A program made the translations under genes and the position numbers. 64,000 nt of DNA from the NCBI GenBank assembly GCA_963843845.1, contig CAWJMB010000002.1, positions 2,976,001-3,040,000 on the forward strand, read 5' to 3'. The notes beneath the pieces are model-generated. The model searched no databases, was not told where the DNA came from, and saw only the letters and a program-made list of their open reading frames with translations. Positions 53,025 to 63,550 of this stretch are shown piece by piece; within the stretch, counting starts at the first letter, position 1, and every line of letters starts with the position of its first letter. Origin of the DNA: an uncultured Gemmatimonadaceae bacterium. Its GTDB lineage: Bacteria > Gemmatimonadota > Gemmatimonadetes > Gemmatimonadales > Gemmatimonadaceae.

Positions 53025-53822
53025 TCAGCCCGCCGCGTTCGGCAGCGCCGCGAGCGCCTCGCGCGCCAGCCGCACGCGTCGGAAATGCACCGTCATGACC
53101 GGCCCCGTCAGCGCGTACGAGATGCCGCCGACCATCCCCCCGAACGCCGCCGGGACGCCCGCGCCGTAGACGAGCCCGAGTGTGATCGCCGCCGAGAACA
53201 GGCCGACGCCGGCGCTCAACAGGTGCTGGCGAACCGCGGCGCGCGTCTCCAGCGCCTCCACGGCATCGAGATCGAGCGACCCCGCGCACCGCAGCGCGTG
53301 GCGATGCAGCAGCGCGAACACGACGAACACCGCGACATACCCGGCCGCGAACACGACCATGACGGCCGGCCACTGCGCCGGCCGCAGCGCGCGGCTCGCC
53401 CCCTCCGCCTGTCGCACGATCGCCTCGACGCCGAGCCAGCGACCGAGCACGCCGAGCCAGAGCGCGATGAACGTGTTGAACAGGAACATGAGCGGGTAGA
53501 CGTAGAACACGACGACGAGCAGCAGCACGACGTTGAGCGTGATCGTGCGGCCGTCCTCGAGCCCGTAGCGGCGGAAGAACTTGTACTGCGCGCTCCACAC
53601 GACGTAGAGCATCCAGAAGGTCGCCGCGAACGCCGGGAAGCTGACGAGCATCTGCTCCAGGTCGGTGTACGTGCGGGGCACGCCCAACGACCCGACGAGC
53701 AGCGCGAGCGCGAAGCCGAACACGGCGTCGCTCAACCCTTCGATGCGCGACACGCCGTCGCCGCGCCACCGGAAGTGGCCGTCGCGCTCCGGGTGCGCCT
53801 TCAGGAGCTGCTCGCGAATCAT
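53025..53822 (-). CDS. TMEM175 (DUF1211) family potassium channel-like protein
   Basis: SRIEGLSDAVFGFALALLV, a variant of RLEAFSDGVFAIA.TLLV; multiple TM helices. Confidence 0.75.
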   Translation of the reverse strand: MIREQLLKAHPERDGHFRWRGDGVSRIEGLSDAVFGFALALLVGSLGVPRTYTDLEQMLVSFPAFAATFWMLYVVWSAQYKFFRRYGLEDGRTITLNVVLLLVVVFYVYPLMFLFNTFIALWLGVLGRWLGVEAIVRQAEGASRALRPAQWPAVMVVFAAGYVAVFVVFALLHRHALRCAGSLDLDAVEALETRAAVRQHLLSAGVGLFSAAITLGLVYGAGVPAAFGGMVGGISYALTGPVMTVHFRRVRLAREALAALPNAAG

Positions 53823-53860
53823 CCGCCCAGTTCGTATCGTCGTGCGATTATGACGGCGTC

Positions 53861-54607
53861 ATGACTATCCCAGCGTCCCGCCGCGGACGCACCGACTACG
53901 GCCTCGACGCGCCGGGGCTGGTGCGCGGCTTTCTGTTGGGCGGCACCGCGGCCGTCGTCGCGAGCGTCGTCCTCCCCCACGTGCTGCCGCCGGCGTGGCT
54001 CGGCAACGCGCGGTGGGCGCTCGGCACGTTTCGCTGGGGGGGCGGGGCGTACGTGCTCACGGGGCTCATGATGGTCCTCAGCAGCCGCGTGGGCAAGCCA
54101 CGCGCGCGCGACCGCTTGCTCGATCTGCTGACGTTCGCGCCCGACGCGCGCGTGCTCGACGTCGGCTGCGGGCGCGGATTGCTCCTCGTCGGTGCGGCGC
54201 GTCGGCTGCCGCAGGGGAGGGCCGTCGGCATCGACCTGTGGTCGCAGGCCGACCAGAGCGCGAACTCGCGCGCCGCGACGCTCGCGAACGCCGCGGCCGA
54301 GGGGGTCGCGGACCGCGTCGAGGTGCACGACGGCGACATGACGATGCTGCCGTTCGACGACGACACGTTCGACGTCGTCGTCTCGAGCCTCGCGATCCAC
54401 AACGTCGCCGACCGTCGCGGCCGGCGCGAGGCGATGCGTGAGATCGTGCGCGTGCTCCGTCCGGGCGGTCAGATCGCGATCGTGGACATCGCCTACGTCG
54501 CCGACGACGCGGCCGATCTCCGCGACGCCGGCCTCTCACGCGTCGACGTGCTCGGCTTCGCGCGCTGGATCTTTCCGCCTGCGCGGATGCTCGTCGCGAG
54601 GAAGTGA
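53861..54607 (+). CDS. Class I SAM-dependent methyltransferase with N-terminal TM helices
   Basis: YGLDAP, VLDVGCGRG, GIDLW, FDVVVSSLAIHN and RVLRPGG. Confidence 0.88.
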   Translation: MTIPASRRGRTDYGLDAPGLVRGFLLGGTAAVVASVVLPHVLPPAWLGNARWALGTFRWGGGAYVLTGLMMVLSSRVGKPRARDRLLDLLTFAPDARVLDVGCGRGLLLVGAARRLPQGRAVGIDLWSQADQSANSRAATLANAAAEGVADRVEVHDGDMTMLPFDDDTFDVVVSSLAIHNVADRRGRREAMREIVRVLRPGGQIAIVDIAYVADDAADLRDAGLSRVDVLGFARWIFPPARMLVARK

Positions 54608-54644
54608 ACGACGCTCGCGGGGATGCCCCGGTTGGGGTGGGCCG

Positions 54645-55907
54645 CTACAGGCGATCGATCTTCCCGAGGAAGAGGATCGCGCCCGTGAGTCGCTCGCGGA
54701 TCGCGAACACGAACGGGCGGTCGACGCGCACCTCGGGGATCACGGGCGCCGACGTCAGGCTGATGCCCACGCTCGTCACCGCGGCGGCTTCCGTGCCCTC
54801 CTCGGTCACGTCGACGTACGCGTCCTGCTTCACGAAGTCGATGAGGACGCCGCCGCCCCGCACCATCTTCGAGAAGTCGGCCGCGTCGGTGAACGCCACC
54901 CCCATGCCCAACGTCGTGAGCACGTCCTTCCACTGGTCCGAGTAGGAGAAGGTGAAGCGCGGCAGCGACAGCTGCACCTGCCCCTCGCGCAGCGCGGCGA
55001 CGAGACGCGTCCACCCGGCGCCGTCGAGCGATGCGGAGAGCGCGTCGGCGCTCCGGCCGGCGTCGGGGAGCAGTACCGTCATCGAGAACGCGCCGTTGCC
55101 GTACGGCAGGTCGACCGCCTGATAGCCGTCGAGGCGCGCGTACCCCATCGCGCCGGTGCGCTGCATGAGCGGCACCGACGCGCTCCGCCCGTCGGACGCC
55201 GTGAACGGCTGCGCCTGCGTGCGCGCCGCGTCGAACCTGTCGCGCCACGCCCCCTTGAAGTAGAGCGCGTTCAGCAGGAACATCACCTGGTCGCGCGCGA
55301 CCGTGTCGAGCACCTTCGTGATCTTGCCGTTCGTCTGCGTCGCCGCCCAACCATTGATCTGCGACACCGTCCCGGCGGCGTCGTCGAAGTTCGCGGCACC
55401 GATCCGCGCGTCGAACAGTCGCTGTGTCGCGTCCACGAACGACGGCTGCACGGCGAGCGTGTTCCGGTACCAGATCGCGTTCGCGCTCTTCAGCGTCACC
55501 GAGCGGTCGAGCGTCAGCAGCAACGCGTAGAGCGTGCGGAGCGACTCGCCCATCGACTCTGCCGTCGAGGTGGGGAAGCCCAACGTCGTGCGCATCGCGA
55601 CGTCCGTCGCGCCGTCGGCGCCCTGCGCCGTCATGGCGAGCGCGACCGACGCACTGAGCGGTGAGATGAACACGTTCTGTCCGGCCTTCCGCGCGTTCAC
55701 CGCGCGGAGCAGCGCGAAGCTGAAGTCGCCGCTCGCCGCCACGGCGGCGCGCTCGCCGGCCGTCAGCGCGCGCGGCAGCGACTCGAGACGCGACGGCTGC
55801 GTGCCGCCGTCTGGCGGATCGTCCGAGGTCGGGGGTGAGTCGCACGACGCGGCGAACGCCACGGCCACCGGCACGAGCACGGGTACGAACCGACGCACCA
55901 ACGACAT
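54645..55907 (-). CDS. Serpin family lipoprotein
   Basis: Lipobox-like FAASC, NVFISPLS, LLNALYFKGAW, LPRF, hinge TEEGTEAAAVT and DRPFVFAIRE...ILFLG. Confidence 0.92.
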   Translation of the reverse strand: MSLVRRFVPVLVPVAVAFAASCDSPPTSDDPPDGGTQPSRLESLPRALTAGERAAVAASGDFSFALLRAVNARKAGQNVFISPLSASVALAMTAQGADGATDVAMRTTLGFPTSTAESMGESLRTLYALLLTLDRSVTLKSANAIWYRNTLAVQPSFVDATQRLFDARIGAANFDDAAGTVSQINGWAATQTNGKITKVLDTVARDQVMFLLNALYFKGAWRDRFDAARTQAQPFTASDGRSASVPLMQRTGAMGYARLDGYQAVDLPYGNGAFSMTVLLPDAGRSADALSASLDGAGWTRLVAALREGQVQLSLPRFTFSYSDQWKDVLTTLGMGVAFTDAADFSKMVRGGGVLIDFVKQDAYVDVTEEGTEAAAVTSVGISLTSAPVIPEVRVDRPFVFAIRERLTGAILFLGKIDRL

Positions 55908-56024
55908 GATTCCCTCCAGTCGGCGAAACGACACGAGAGGGGCTCGTTCCCCGAGCGCCCTCTCGTGACTACCCGCCTCTCCGCGGTCCGGTCACCGGAT
56001 CACTCCCCTCGCCTCCCCTCCCCC

Positions 56025-56684
56025 TCACCGCGCCATCGCGACCTGCATCGCCGCCAGGCCGCTCGGCGGCTCGCGCGTGACGCCGTCGGTCATCCAGCAC
56101 CCCCTGTACGCCCCGTCGCCCTGCAACGACAGCGTGAACAGGTAGGCGACGCGCTGCCCCGCCGCCGTCGTCACGACGACGCGCATCGTCGCCCGGTCGC
56201 CGATCACGCGCGCGACGCCGCGCGCCGCGCCACGGTTGTTCAGGAGCGGGCTGTACGTCTTCTCGTGCACGAGCGAGGCGAACCGCTCGACCGGCCCGAC
56301 GAACGCACGGTTCGCCGGCGACGAGAACGCGAACGTCACCGAGACGCCGTAGTCCTTCACCGGCCGATCGTTGCGGCCGAGCGCCGCGACGACGATCGCG
56401 ACCACGTCGTCGGGAGAGAGGTGCGGGCTCGGACGGGCATCGAGGTCGGTCGCGACGTCCTCGGCCGTCGCGTCGATCGTCGCGCGCGCTACCGAGCGAC
56501 TGGACAGGTCGCTCGACTGCGCCGCGACGGCGCGCGACGCGGTGAGCAGCATCGCCAACAGCGCGAGCAGCGCCGCCGTCGCACCGACCGCGGCGCGACG
56601 CGCGATGTCGGTCTCGGGGACTCGCGCGGCGGCGACGCGCGTGGGGCGACGGGTACGGCGGAGCGTCTGCTGGCTGCGCGGCAT
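56025..56684 (-). CDS. DUF4864-like exported protein
   Basis: SPDDVV...AL..ND, FAFSSPANR, YSPLLN and GCWMTDGV. Confidence 0.65.
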   Translation of the reverse strand: MPRSQQTLRRTRRPTRVAAARVPETDIARRAAVGATAALLALLAMLLTASRAVAAQSSDLSSRSVARATIDATAEDVATDLDARPSPHLSPDDVVAIVVAALGRNDRPVKDYGVSVTFAFSSPANRAFVGPVERFASLVHEKTYSPLLNNRGAARGVARVIGDRATMRVVVTTAAGQRVAYLFTLSLQGDGAYRGCWMTDGVTREPPSGLAAMQVAMAR

Positions 56685-56762
56685 GGGACCTCGGCGTCGG
56701 GGAACGACCGCGCTTCTTTCATGGAGCGGGCCACGACATCGAGCGAGAGGCGAACGGCGCGC

Positions 56763-57728
56763 TCAGCGCGCGCCCCACTCCAGCGTCCACCGCCGCGTCT
56801 CACCCGCGTCGAGCCACGCCGCGCTCCGCCACGCGCCGAGCGCCGCGTCGAGCGCGTCGGGCGCGCCGATGCACGGCTCGAACGCGAGGTTGCGATAGGG
56901 CGCGCCGCCGTCGAACGGGGTCCAGCCACGATCGTTGATCCAGAGACCGAACTGCGGCACCTCGCGCACGTCGACCGAGACGGCGAGGCGAACACCGCCC
57001 TGCGTGATCCCCAACGCGAGGCGCTCGTCGGACGCCGGCAGGTCGAGGAACAGCTTGCACGCCCACCCGCCGCCGCGCACGGACCCGGGGCGCGAGAAGT
57101 CGGTCGGCTCGCCGGACGCGCGGAGCATCGGCCAGACGTGCTCCGCCCCCTCGCCGCCGAGGTCGATGCCGTGCTGCGCCCACACGCGCACACGCGCGCC
57201 GGCCGGCAGGTCGAGCGTGGTGTCGTCGGCGAGCGGAAGGAGCGGGTGCGCGGACCAGAGGAAGGGCATCGGCACGCCGCCGCGATTCGTCATCGCGTAG
57301 TCCATGTACACCGTCCCCGACTCGCTGACCCGCACCGTGCGCGCGACGTCGTACGGCAGGCGACGCCCCGTCCAGCGCGTGATGGCCGCGAACCCGCTCG
57401 CGTCGTCGCCGAGCCGGTCGGTCGTCGCGAACTGCGACCAGAGTTCGCCGTGGTCGGGGAGTGCGACGCCGCCGTACACCGCGACGTCGTCCGGGAGTCG
57501 GCAGACGCCGACGGTGGGCACGCACTCGTCGTAGCCGCCGGTGTCCGCCGTCCGCACGTACGACGCGGCGTCGTCCGTCGCGACGGACTCGTCTGGGGCG
57601 ACGCGCGGGAGCACGTCGCTCGTCCACAGCCACTCGCGCCCGGCGACGTGCAGCGACGCGATCTTGCCGCCGAGCGCGGGGACGATGTCGACGCGCGAGC
57701 CGCCGCACGCGAGCGTGACCGTCTCCAT
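56763..57728 (-). CDS. Galactose-mutarotase-like (aldose 1-epimerase superfamily) protein
   Basis: PALGGKIASL, GGYDECVPT, PDHGELW, WSAHPL and NLAFEPCIG. Confidence 0.75.
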   Translation of the reverse strand: METVTLACGGSRVDIVPALGGKIASLHVAGREWLWTSDVLPRVAPDESVATDDAASYVRTADTGGYDECVPTVGVCRLPDDVAVYGGVALPDHGELWSQFATTDRLGDDASGFAAITRWTGRRLPYDVARTVRVSESGTVYMDYAMTNRGGVPMPFLWSAHPLLPLADDTTLDLPAGARVRVWAQHGIDLGGEGAEHVWPMLRASGEPTDFSRPGSVRGGGWACKLFLDLPASDERLALGITQGGVRLAVSVDVREVPQFGLWINDRGWTPFDGGAPYRNLAFEPCIGAPDALDAALGAWRSAAWLDAGETRRWTLEWGAR

Positions 57729-57731
57729 GCG

Positions 57732-58969
57732 TCAGGCGCCCGCGGCGTCCGGGACCTCGACGCCGCGGGTCGCGAACACGCGCGCGACCGTCTCGCCGAT
57801 CTTGTTGTTCGGCGTGCTCGCCCCCGCCGTCAGCCCGACGCGCACGTCGCCGGCGGGGAGCCACGCCGCGGCTTCCTGCTCGGCCGCGTGCGCCCCGATC
57901 GGGCGGTAGCGCACCGTGCCGCGCGCGGGGTCGATCCCGGACGCGTCCTCGACGTGGTACGTCGGCACGTGCTCGCCGCACAGCGCGGCGAGCGAGATCG
58001 TATTGCTCGAGTTGTAGCCGCCGACGACGAGCATGACGTCGAGCGGCTCGCGCAGCAGCTCTTTCACCGCGTCCTGCCGGTCCTGCGTCGCCGAGCAGAT
58101 CGTGTCGAACGAGCGGAAGTTCGCGGCGCGGTACGGAGCGCCGTGCGCACGCTCCATGGCCGCGCCGACCTCCGCCGCGATCGCGAGCGACTCGCTCGCC
58201 AGCATGGTCGTCTGGTTCGCCACGCCGACGCGCCGCAGATGCACGTCGGGGTCGAAGCCGGCCGAGACCGCCCTCGCGAACCTCGCGAGGAACGCCTCGC
58301 GGCGCCGCCCCGCGCTCGTCACGGGTCGCCGCGCCCTTCGACGTAGTCGCAGACCATCCGCGCCTCGGCCATGTCGCGCACGACGAGGTAGTGTCCGTCG
58401 CCGTGCTTCAGCGCCTGCGACGCGGTCGCCCGCGTCTCCTCGTGGTAGTACTTGCCGTGGATGAGCGCCGTGAGCCCGTCGCGCGCGTACGACTCGACGC
58501 GCTTCCACACGTTCAGCACCGAGCCGCACGTCGTGTCGACGAGCACGCAGCCGATCGCGCGCAGTCGCTCGAAGTCGGCGATCGTGACGCCGAACGCCGG
58601 GATGATGACGACGTCCTCCGCGGAGACCTGCGAGAAGTCGAAGCCGTCCGCTCCGGCGACGAGCGTCTCGACGCCCATGTCGCGCAGCTTCGCGTTGACG
58701 TGCGGGTTGTGGATGATCTCGCCGAGCAGCACGACGCGCCGGTCGGGGAACTTGCGCCGCGTCTGATACGCGTAGTCGACCGCGCGCTCGACGCCGTAGC
58801 AGAAGCCGAACTCGTGGGCGAGCCGGACGGTGATCCCGCCGGCGCTCAGCGTGTACCCGTTCTCGCGCAGCCGGTCGACGAGCCGCGCGCTGTAGTCGCT
58901 GGCGAGCAGCGTCTCGACTTCCGCCTTGAGGCCGAACCCTTTGCGGAAGTACGTGGATTCCGTTGCCAT
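57732..58969 (-). CDS. ispH: 4-hydroxy-3-methylbut-2-enyl diphosphate reductase (frameshift near 58320)
   Basis: FGFCYGVERA, IIHNPHV, DTTCGSV, HEET, NQTTM, DTICSATQDRQ, GGYNSSNT and GLTAGASTP. Confidence 0.93.
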
Positions 58970-58988
58970 GCCTGGAATCTAGACCATT

Positions 58989-59422
58989 CTACCCCGTCGT
59001 GAGTGCCGCGACGATACCGGCCGGCACCTCGCGCGCCTGCATCGTCGTCGCGTCGACGGCGACGAGCACGACGTGCCCCTCGACGTGGCGCGCCGCGGTC
59101 GCGTCGTCGACGATCTGGTAGTGCAGCGTGAGCGACGTGCGCCCCACGCGTCCGACCCACACGCGGATTCGGAGCAGGGCGTCGAAGCGCGACGGCGCGA
59201 CGTACTCGAGGTGCAGCACGCGCCGCACGAGCCACACGTGGTACTCGTCCGCCGTGCGCGGGTGCTGCAGGCCGACCGACCGCAGCAGCTCGGTCTCGCC
59301 GACGTCGAGCAGACGCGTGTACGCGCTGTAGCGCGTGATGCCGACGAGATCGACGTCTTCCCAGCGCACGCGCTCGGCGACTTCGAACGCCGTGGCGGGG
59401 GGCGAGCGGGGGGCGTGGTCAT
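58989..59422 (-). CDS. Acyl-CoA thioesterase (4HBT/YbgC hot-dog family; 5' frameshift)
   Basis: RVRWEDVDLVG...Y..LLD..E, LEYVAPSRFD and VGRTSL. Confidence 0.8.
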
Positions 59423-59530
59423 GATGCGAGCGCAGGGGAGAGACGCACAACGTAACGCCCGCGTCGCACGGCTCGCGTTCGCGCCGCGTGCGGCTTGCCG
59501 CGCTCTGCACCGCGCTCCATGCTACGTCGC

Positions 59531-60238
59531 ATGCCTCTCGCCGGCACCCTCGCCCGCCCCTCCAGCGCGGACACGCCGTTCGTGTTCCTCGGCGACCGCC
59601 TCTGGCTCGACTTCGTGAACACCGACGACGCGCGTCGGGGCGACGGGCAGCGCCGCGTCGACGCGCTGCGCGACTTCGACCTGTTCGTCGAGCTGGCTGC
59701 AGGCGGCCGGCGCGCTCGACGCCGAGCGCGCGTCGGGCATCCAGCGCCGCGCCTTCCAGCAGCCCGCCGGCGCGGCCGCCGCACTCGTCGACGCGCGGCG
59801 CGTCCGCGCCGCGCTGCGCGCGCTCGCCGAGCGCGGCACCCGCCTCGGCGAAGGTGCGCGACGACGCGCTCGCCGAGATCAACCGCGTGCTCGGCCGCAG
59901 CGCCGGCACGCGCCGCGTGGAGCTGCGCGACGACGGCAGCTTCGCGCGCACGTTCGTGGCGGCGGCGACGCCTTCGCGGGCCTGCATGCATCCCGATCGT
60001 CGACTCGCGCGGCCGACGCGCTCATCGCGGGGAGCTGGCGCGCGTGCGCCGCTGCGCCGACCGCGCTGCGCGCGCGTCTTCCAGGACGACGACGAAGAAC
60101 GGGCGCCGCCGCTGGTGCGACATGGCGACCTGCGGCAACCGCGCGAAGGCGGCGCGGCACCGGCATCGGAGCTGCACGCGTCGGCGCGTGCGATCGCGCG
60201 ACGTCAGGCTGTCGCCGGCGGCAGCGCACTTGATGTAG
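59531..60238 (+). CDS. ABATE/CGNR zinc-finger protein (frameshifted; end approximate)
   Basis: LWLDFVNT, RVRRCAD..C, and KNGRRRWCDMATCGNRAKAARHR. Confidence 0.85.
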   Translation: MPLAGTLARPSSADTPFVFLGDRLWLDFVNTDDARRGDGQRRVDALRDFDLFVELAAGGRRARRRARVGHPAPRLPAARRRGRRTRRRAARPRRAARARRARHPPRRRCATTRSPRSTACSAAAPARAAWSCATTAASRARSWRRRRLRGPACIPIVDSRGRRAHRGELARVRRCADRAARASSRTTTKNGRRRWCDMATCGNRAKAARHRHRSCTRRRVRSRDVRLSPAAAHLM

Positions 60239-60815
60239 CCCATCTCCGACGGCGTACCGCGGAGCTTGCGCTGCAGGATGCGGCGGCCGCGGAACAGCCG
60301 CGACTTCACCGTCCCCTCCGGGACACGCAGCATCTGCGGCGATCTCCGCGTAGCGCAGCCCCTCGATGTCGCTGAGGACGACGGCCGTGCGGTACTCGGC
60401 CGGCAGCGCGTCGATCGCGCGCACGATCTCCTCGTCGAGGAACGAGTCGTAGAAGCGCCCCTCGGGGTCCGCCTCGCCGACCGGATCGTACGTGACCGCC
60501 GCCTCGCCGTCGTCCGTCGGCTGCACCTCGCGCGCGTCGATGCGCCGCTTCCGGCTCACGAACACGTGGTAGAGGATCGTGAACAGCCACGCGCGGATGT
60601 TCGTGCCGAGCCGGTACTGCTCCCACCGCTCGAACGCGCGCAGCATCGTGTCCGAGACCAGGTCCTCCGCGTCGTCGCGCACGCGCGCAGAGCTTCAGCG
60701 CGAAGCTGTAGAGCGCGTCGAGCTGCTCGAGCGCCTCGCGCTCGAACTGGGCTCGTCCGCTGCGCGCGTCGCGCCGTCCTGCATGAACGCGTCGGTCGTC
60801 ACTCCGTCGACTCAT
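60204..60815 (-). CDS. ECF sigma-70 factor (SigH/SigR-like; frameshifted)
   Basis: LDALYSFALKL, DAEDLVSDT, GTNIRAWLFTIL, LPAEYRTAVVLSDIEGLRY and GTVKSRLFRGR. Confidence 0.88.
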
Positions 60816-61500
60816 CGACTCTCTGCGCACCCTCCCGCCCGCCTCCGTCCCGCCGCCGTCGCCGCACGCACCCCAGCGCTCGCGCTCGACCGCTACGACG
60901 TCAGCACCGTCGCGCAGATGCGACGCGACGAACCGCTTCAGATCCTCCCCGATGCCACGCAGCGCCGCGCACGTCGCGACTCACCCGCGACACGAGCAGC
61001 GCCCCCTCCAGCGTCGGCGACGACGAACCGCGCGAGCCGCGTCGGCGTCGGCGTCCCGTCCGCGCAGCCGGTCACGCGCCTCCCAGAGCAGCGACTGGAT
61101 CTGTGTCGTCCACCGCTCGAACACCTCGTCGATCCGCCGGCGAAACCCCTCGTGCGCGTCGGCCATCTCCGCGGCGAGCGACCCGAACGGCGACCCTTCG
61201 CGACAGCCGCGCGCGGCTTGCAGCGCGATGAGCGTGTCGATGAACAGCCCGAGCCGCTCGAGCGGATCGATCATCGGCTCGCGCAGGATCGCGAGCCCGC
61301 GCTCGGCGAACCGCTCGAACTGCCGTTCGAGCACGTCGTAGCCGAGTGCTTCCTTCGACTCGAAGTAGTGGTAGAAGTGGCTCTTCCCGCTGAGCCCCGC
61401 CGCCTTGATCACGTCCTCGACCGACGTGTGCGTGTAGCCGCGCTCGCGCGATGAGCCGCGCGGCGGCGTCCACGATCTGCATTCGGCGGTCGGTATGCAC
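60812..61500 (-). CDS. TetR/AcrR family regulator (frameshifted)
   Basis: IVDAAARL..RGYTHTSVEDVIKAAGLSGKSHFYHYFESKEALG and GSPFGSLAAEM. Confidence 0.88.
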
Positions 61501-61556
61501 CCCTCCACGGTAGGACCACGCGGTCCTATCGTCAATCCGTGAACTTCCTGAGGGGC

Positions 61557-62087
61557 ATGCCCGACCCGACCGCTCCGCTCACGGCGCGTCGCACGTACCT
61601 CGAGCTGCGCTCGCCGGAGGCGCACCGCGGGAACCGTGGACGGCGACCGACGTCCACGTCGAGCGCCGCACGCCATGCTCGGTCGCCGAGTACGCGCGCG
61701 CTGTACCGGCTGGTCGGCGAACCGTACCAGTGGCACGACCGGAACGCCTGGTCCGACGAACGGCTCGCGGCTCATCTCGCGCGCCCCGACGTCGGCGTGT
61801 GGACCGTGCGCGACGACGGCGGACGCCCGGGCGGCTACTTCGAGCTCGCCCGGCACGACGACGGCGCGGTGGAGATCGTGTACTTCGGCCTCGTCGATCG
61901 ATTGCACGGCCGGCGGCTCGGCGCGCAGCTGCTGACGGCGGCGGTCGACGAAGCCTGGGCGATGGGGGCGGCGCGAGTCGTGCTCAACACCTGCACACTC
62001 GACGGGCCGGCCGCGCTCCCGAATTACCTCGCGCGCGGCTTCCGCGTGGTTCGCGAGGAGACGTACGTCGTGTCACCACCGCGATAG
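61557..62087 (+). CDS. GNAT family N-acetyltransferase
   Basis: GYFEL, EIVYFGL..LHGRRLG and LNTCTLDGPAALPNYLARGF. Confidence 0.85.
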   Translation: MPDPTAPLTARRTYLELRSPEAHRGNRGRRPTSTSSAARHARSPSTRALYRLVGEPYQWHDRNAWSDERLAAHLARPDVGVWTVRDDGGRPGGYFELARHDDGAVEIVYFGLVDRLHGRRLGAQLLTAAVDEAWAMGAARVVLNTCTLDGPAALPNYLARGFRVVREETYVVSPPR

Positions 62088-62093
62088 ACCCTC

Positions 62094-63418
62094 ATGACCT
62101 ACTGGCTGCTCGTCGGGCTGTTCGCGCTCGGCGTCTGCGTCGTGCTGTTGTTCGCGACGATCGGCGTGTTGTACGTCACGCGCGGCACCATCGTGCGCCG
62201 CGTCCGCGCGCCGGGCGACGCGGAAGGGCCGCCCGAAGTGCGCGACCCACAGTTCCAGGCCACGGTCGCGCTGCTCACGAAGACCGACCTGCACGACAGC
62301 CACAGCGTCGAGGTCATGACGTGCGGCGACGAGCTCTACCCGTGCCTGTGGGACGATCTGCGCGCCGCGCGCCGCTCGATCACGCTGCAGCTCTACTACT
62401 GTCAGCCCGGCCGCATGGCCGACGAGCTGGCGGACATCGTCATCGAGCGCGCACGGGCCGGCGTGCACGTGCTCTTTCTGCGCGACGCGTTCGGCAGCGC
62501 CAAGCTCACGCGCGAGTATCTCGAGCGGCTCGAGGCGGGCGGCGTGCGCATGGCCGTGTTCCGCCCGACGCGCCCATGGGAGCTGCACAAGGTGCAGCAC
62601 CGCTCCCACATCCGCGTCGTCGTCGTCGACGGCCGCATCGGGTACACGGGCGGCTTCGGGTTCGACGACAAGTGGTTCGGTGACGGTCGCCACGCTCACC
62701 AGTGGCGCGACACGACCGTGCGCTTCACGGGCCCCTCCGTGAACCAGCTCCAGGCGACCTTCGCGGCCGGCTGGGCGGAGGCGACCGGGGTGCTGCTCAC
62801 CGGCGACCACTTCTTCGCGATCGACGACGACGGCGAGTCACCGGCCGCGCGCCACGGCGACGACGTCTGCGCCGGGCTGCTCCACTGCTCGCCGACGTTG
62901 GGCAGCACGCCGGCCGAGCGCTTCATGGCGCTGTCGATCTCGGGCGCCCGGCATCGGCTGTGGATCTCGAACTCGTACTTCGTGCCGGACGACCACTTCT
63001 GCGAGATGCTCGCGCTCGCGGTGAAGCGCGGCGTCGACGTCCGGGTGCTCGCACCGAACCGCGAGCACGGCGACGTGAGTGTCGACCTACCACGCCGGTC
63101 GCCACCAGTACGGCCGCGCTGCTCCGCGCCGGCGTTCGCATCTGGGAATACTCGGCGGCGATGATGCACGCGAAGACGCTCGTCGTCGACGGCGTGTGGA
63201 CCTCGATCGGCACGAACAACTTCGACAACCGCTCGATGGCGTTCAACGACGAGACGGTGTTCATGACGCACGACGAGGCGGTGGCCGCGCGCATGGAGGC
63301 GGTCTTCGAGGCCGATCTCCGGTACGCGACCGAGATCACGCGCGACGCGTACGAGCGGCGGCCGTGGCGCGACCGGCTGTACGAGCGCGCGGCGTCGACG
63401 GTGTCGCGCGTTCTCTGA
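62094..63418 (+). CDS. cls: Cardiolipin synthase-like phospholipase D (frameshifted near 63080-63120)
   Basis: DAFGS, first motif RSHIRVVVVDGRIGYTGG, WRDT, NSYFVP, and second motif MHAKTLVVDG..IGTNNFDNRS. Confidence 0.88.
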
Positions 63419-63550
63419 CCCAGTTCGCGGTGCGCACAAAGAATCTCTTGCGGAGTCTGCTCTTCACTCCTATCTAGGGGGCAAGTCCGCAGTACTACGC
63501 AGCAGGCGCACACCCACCTGCATTACCGCACTCTGGAGCGGAGTGTCACC

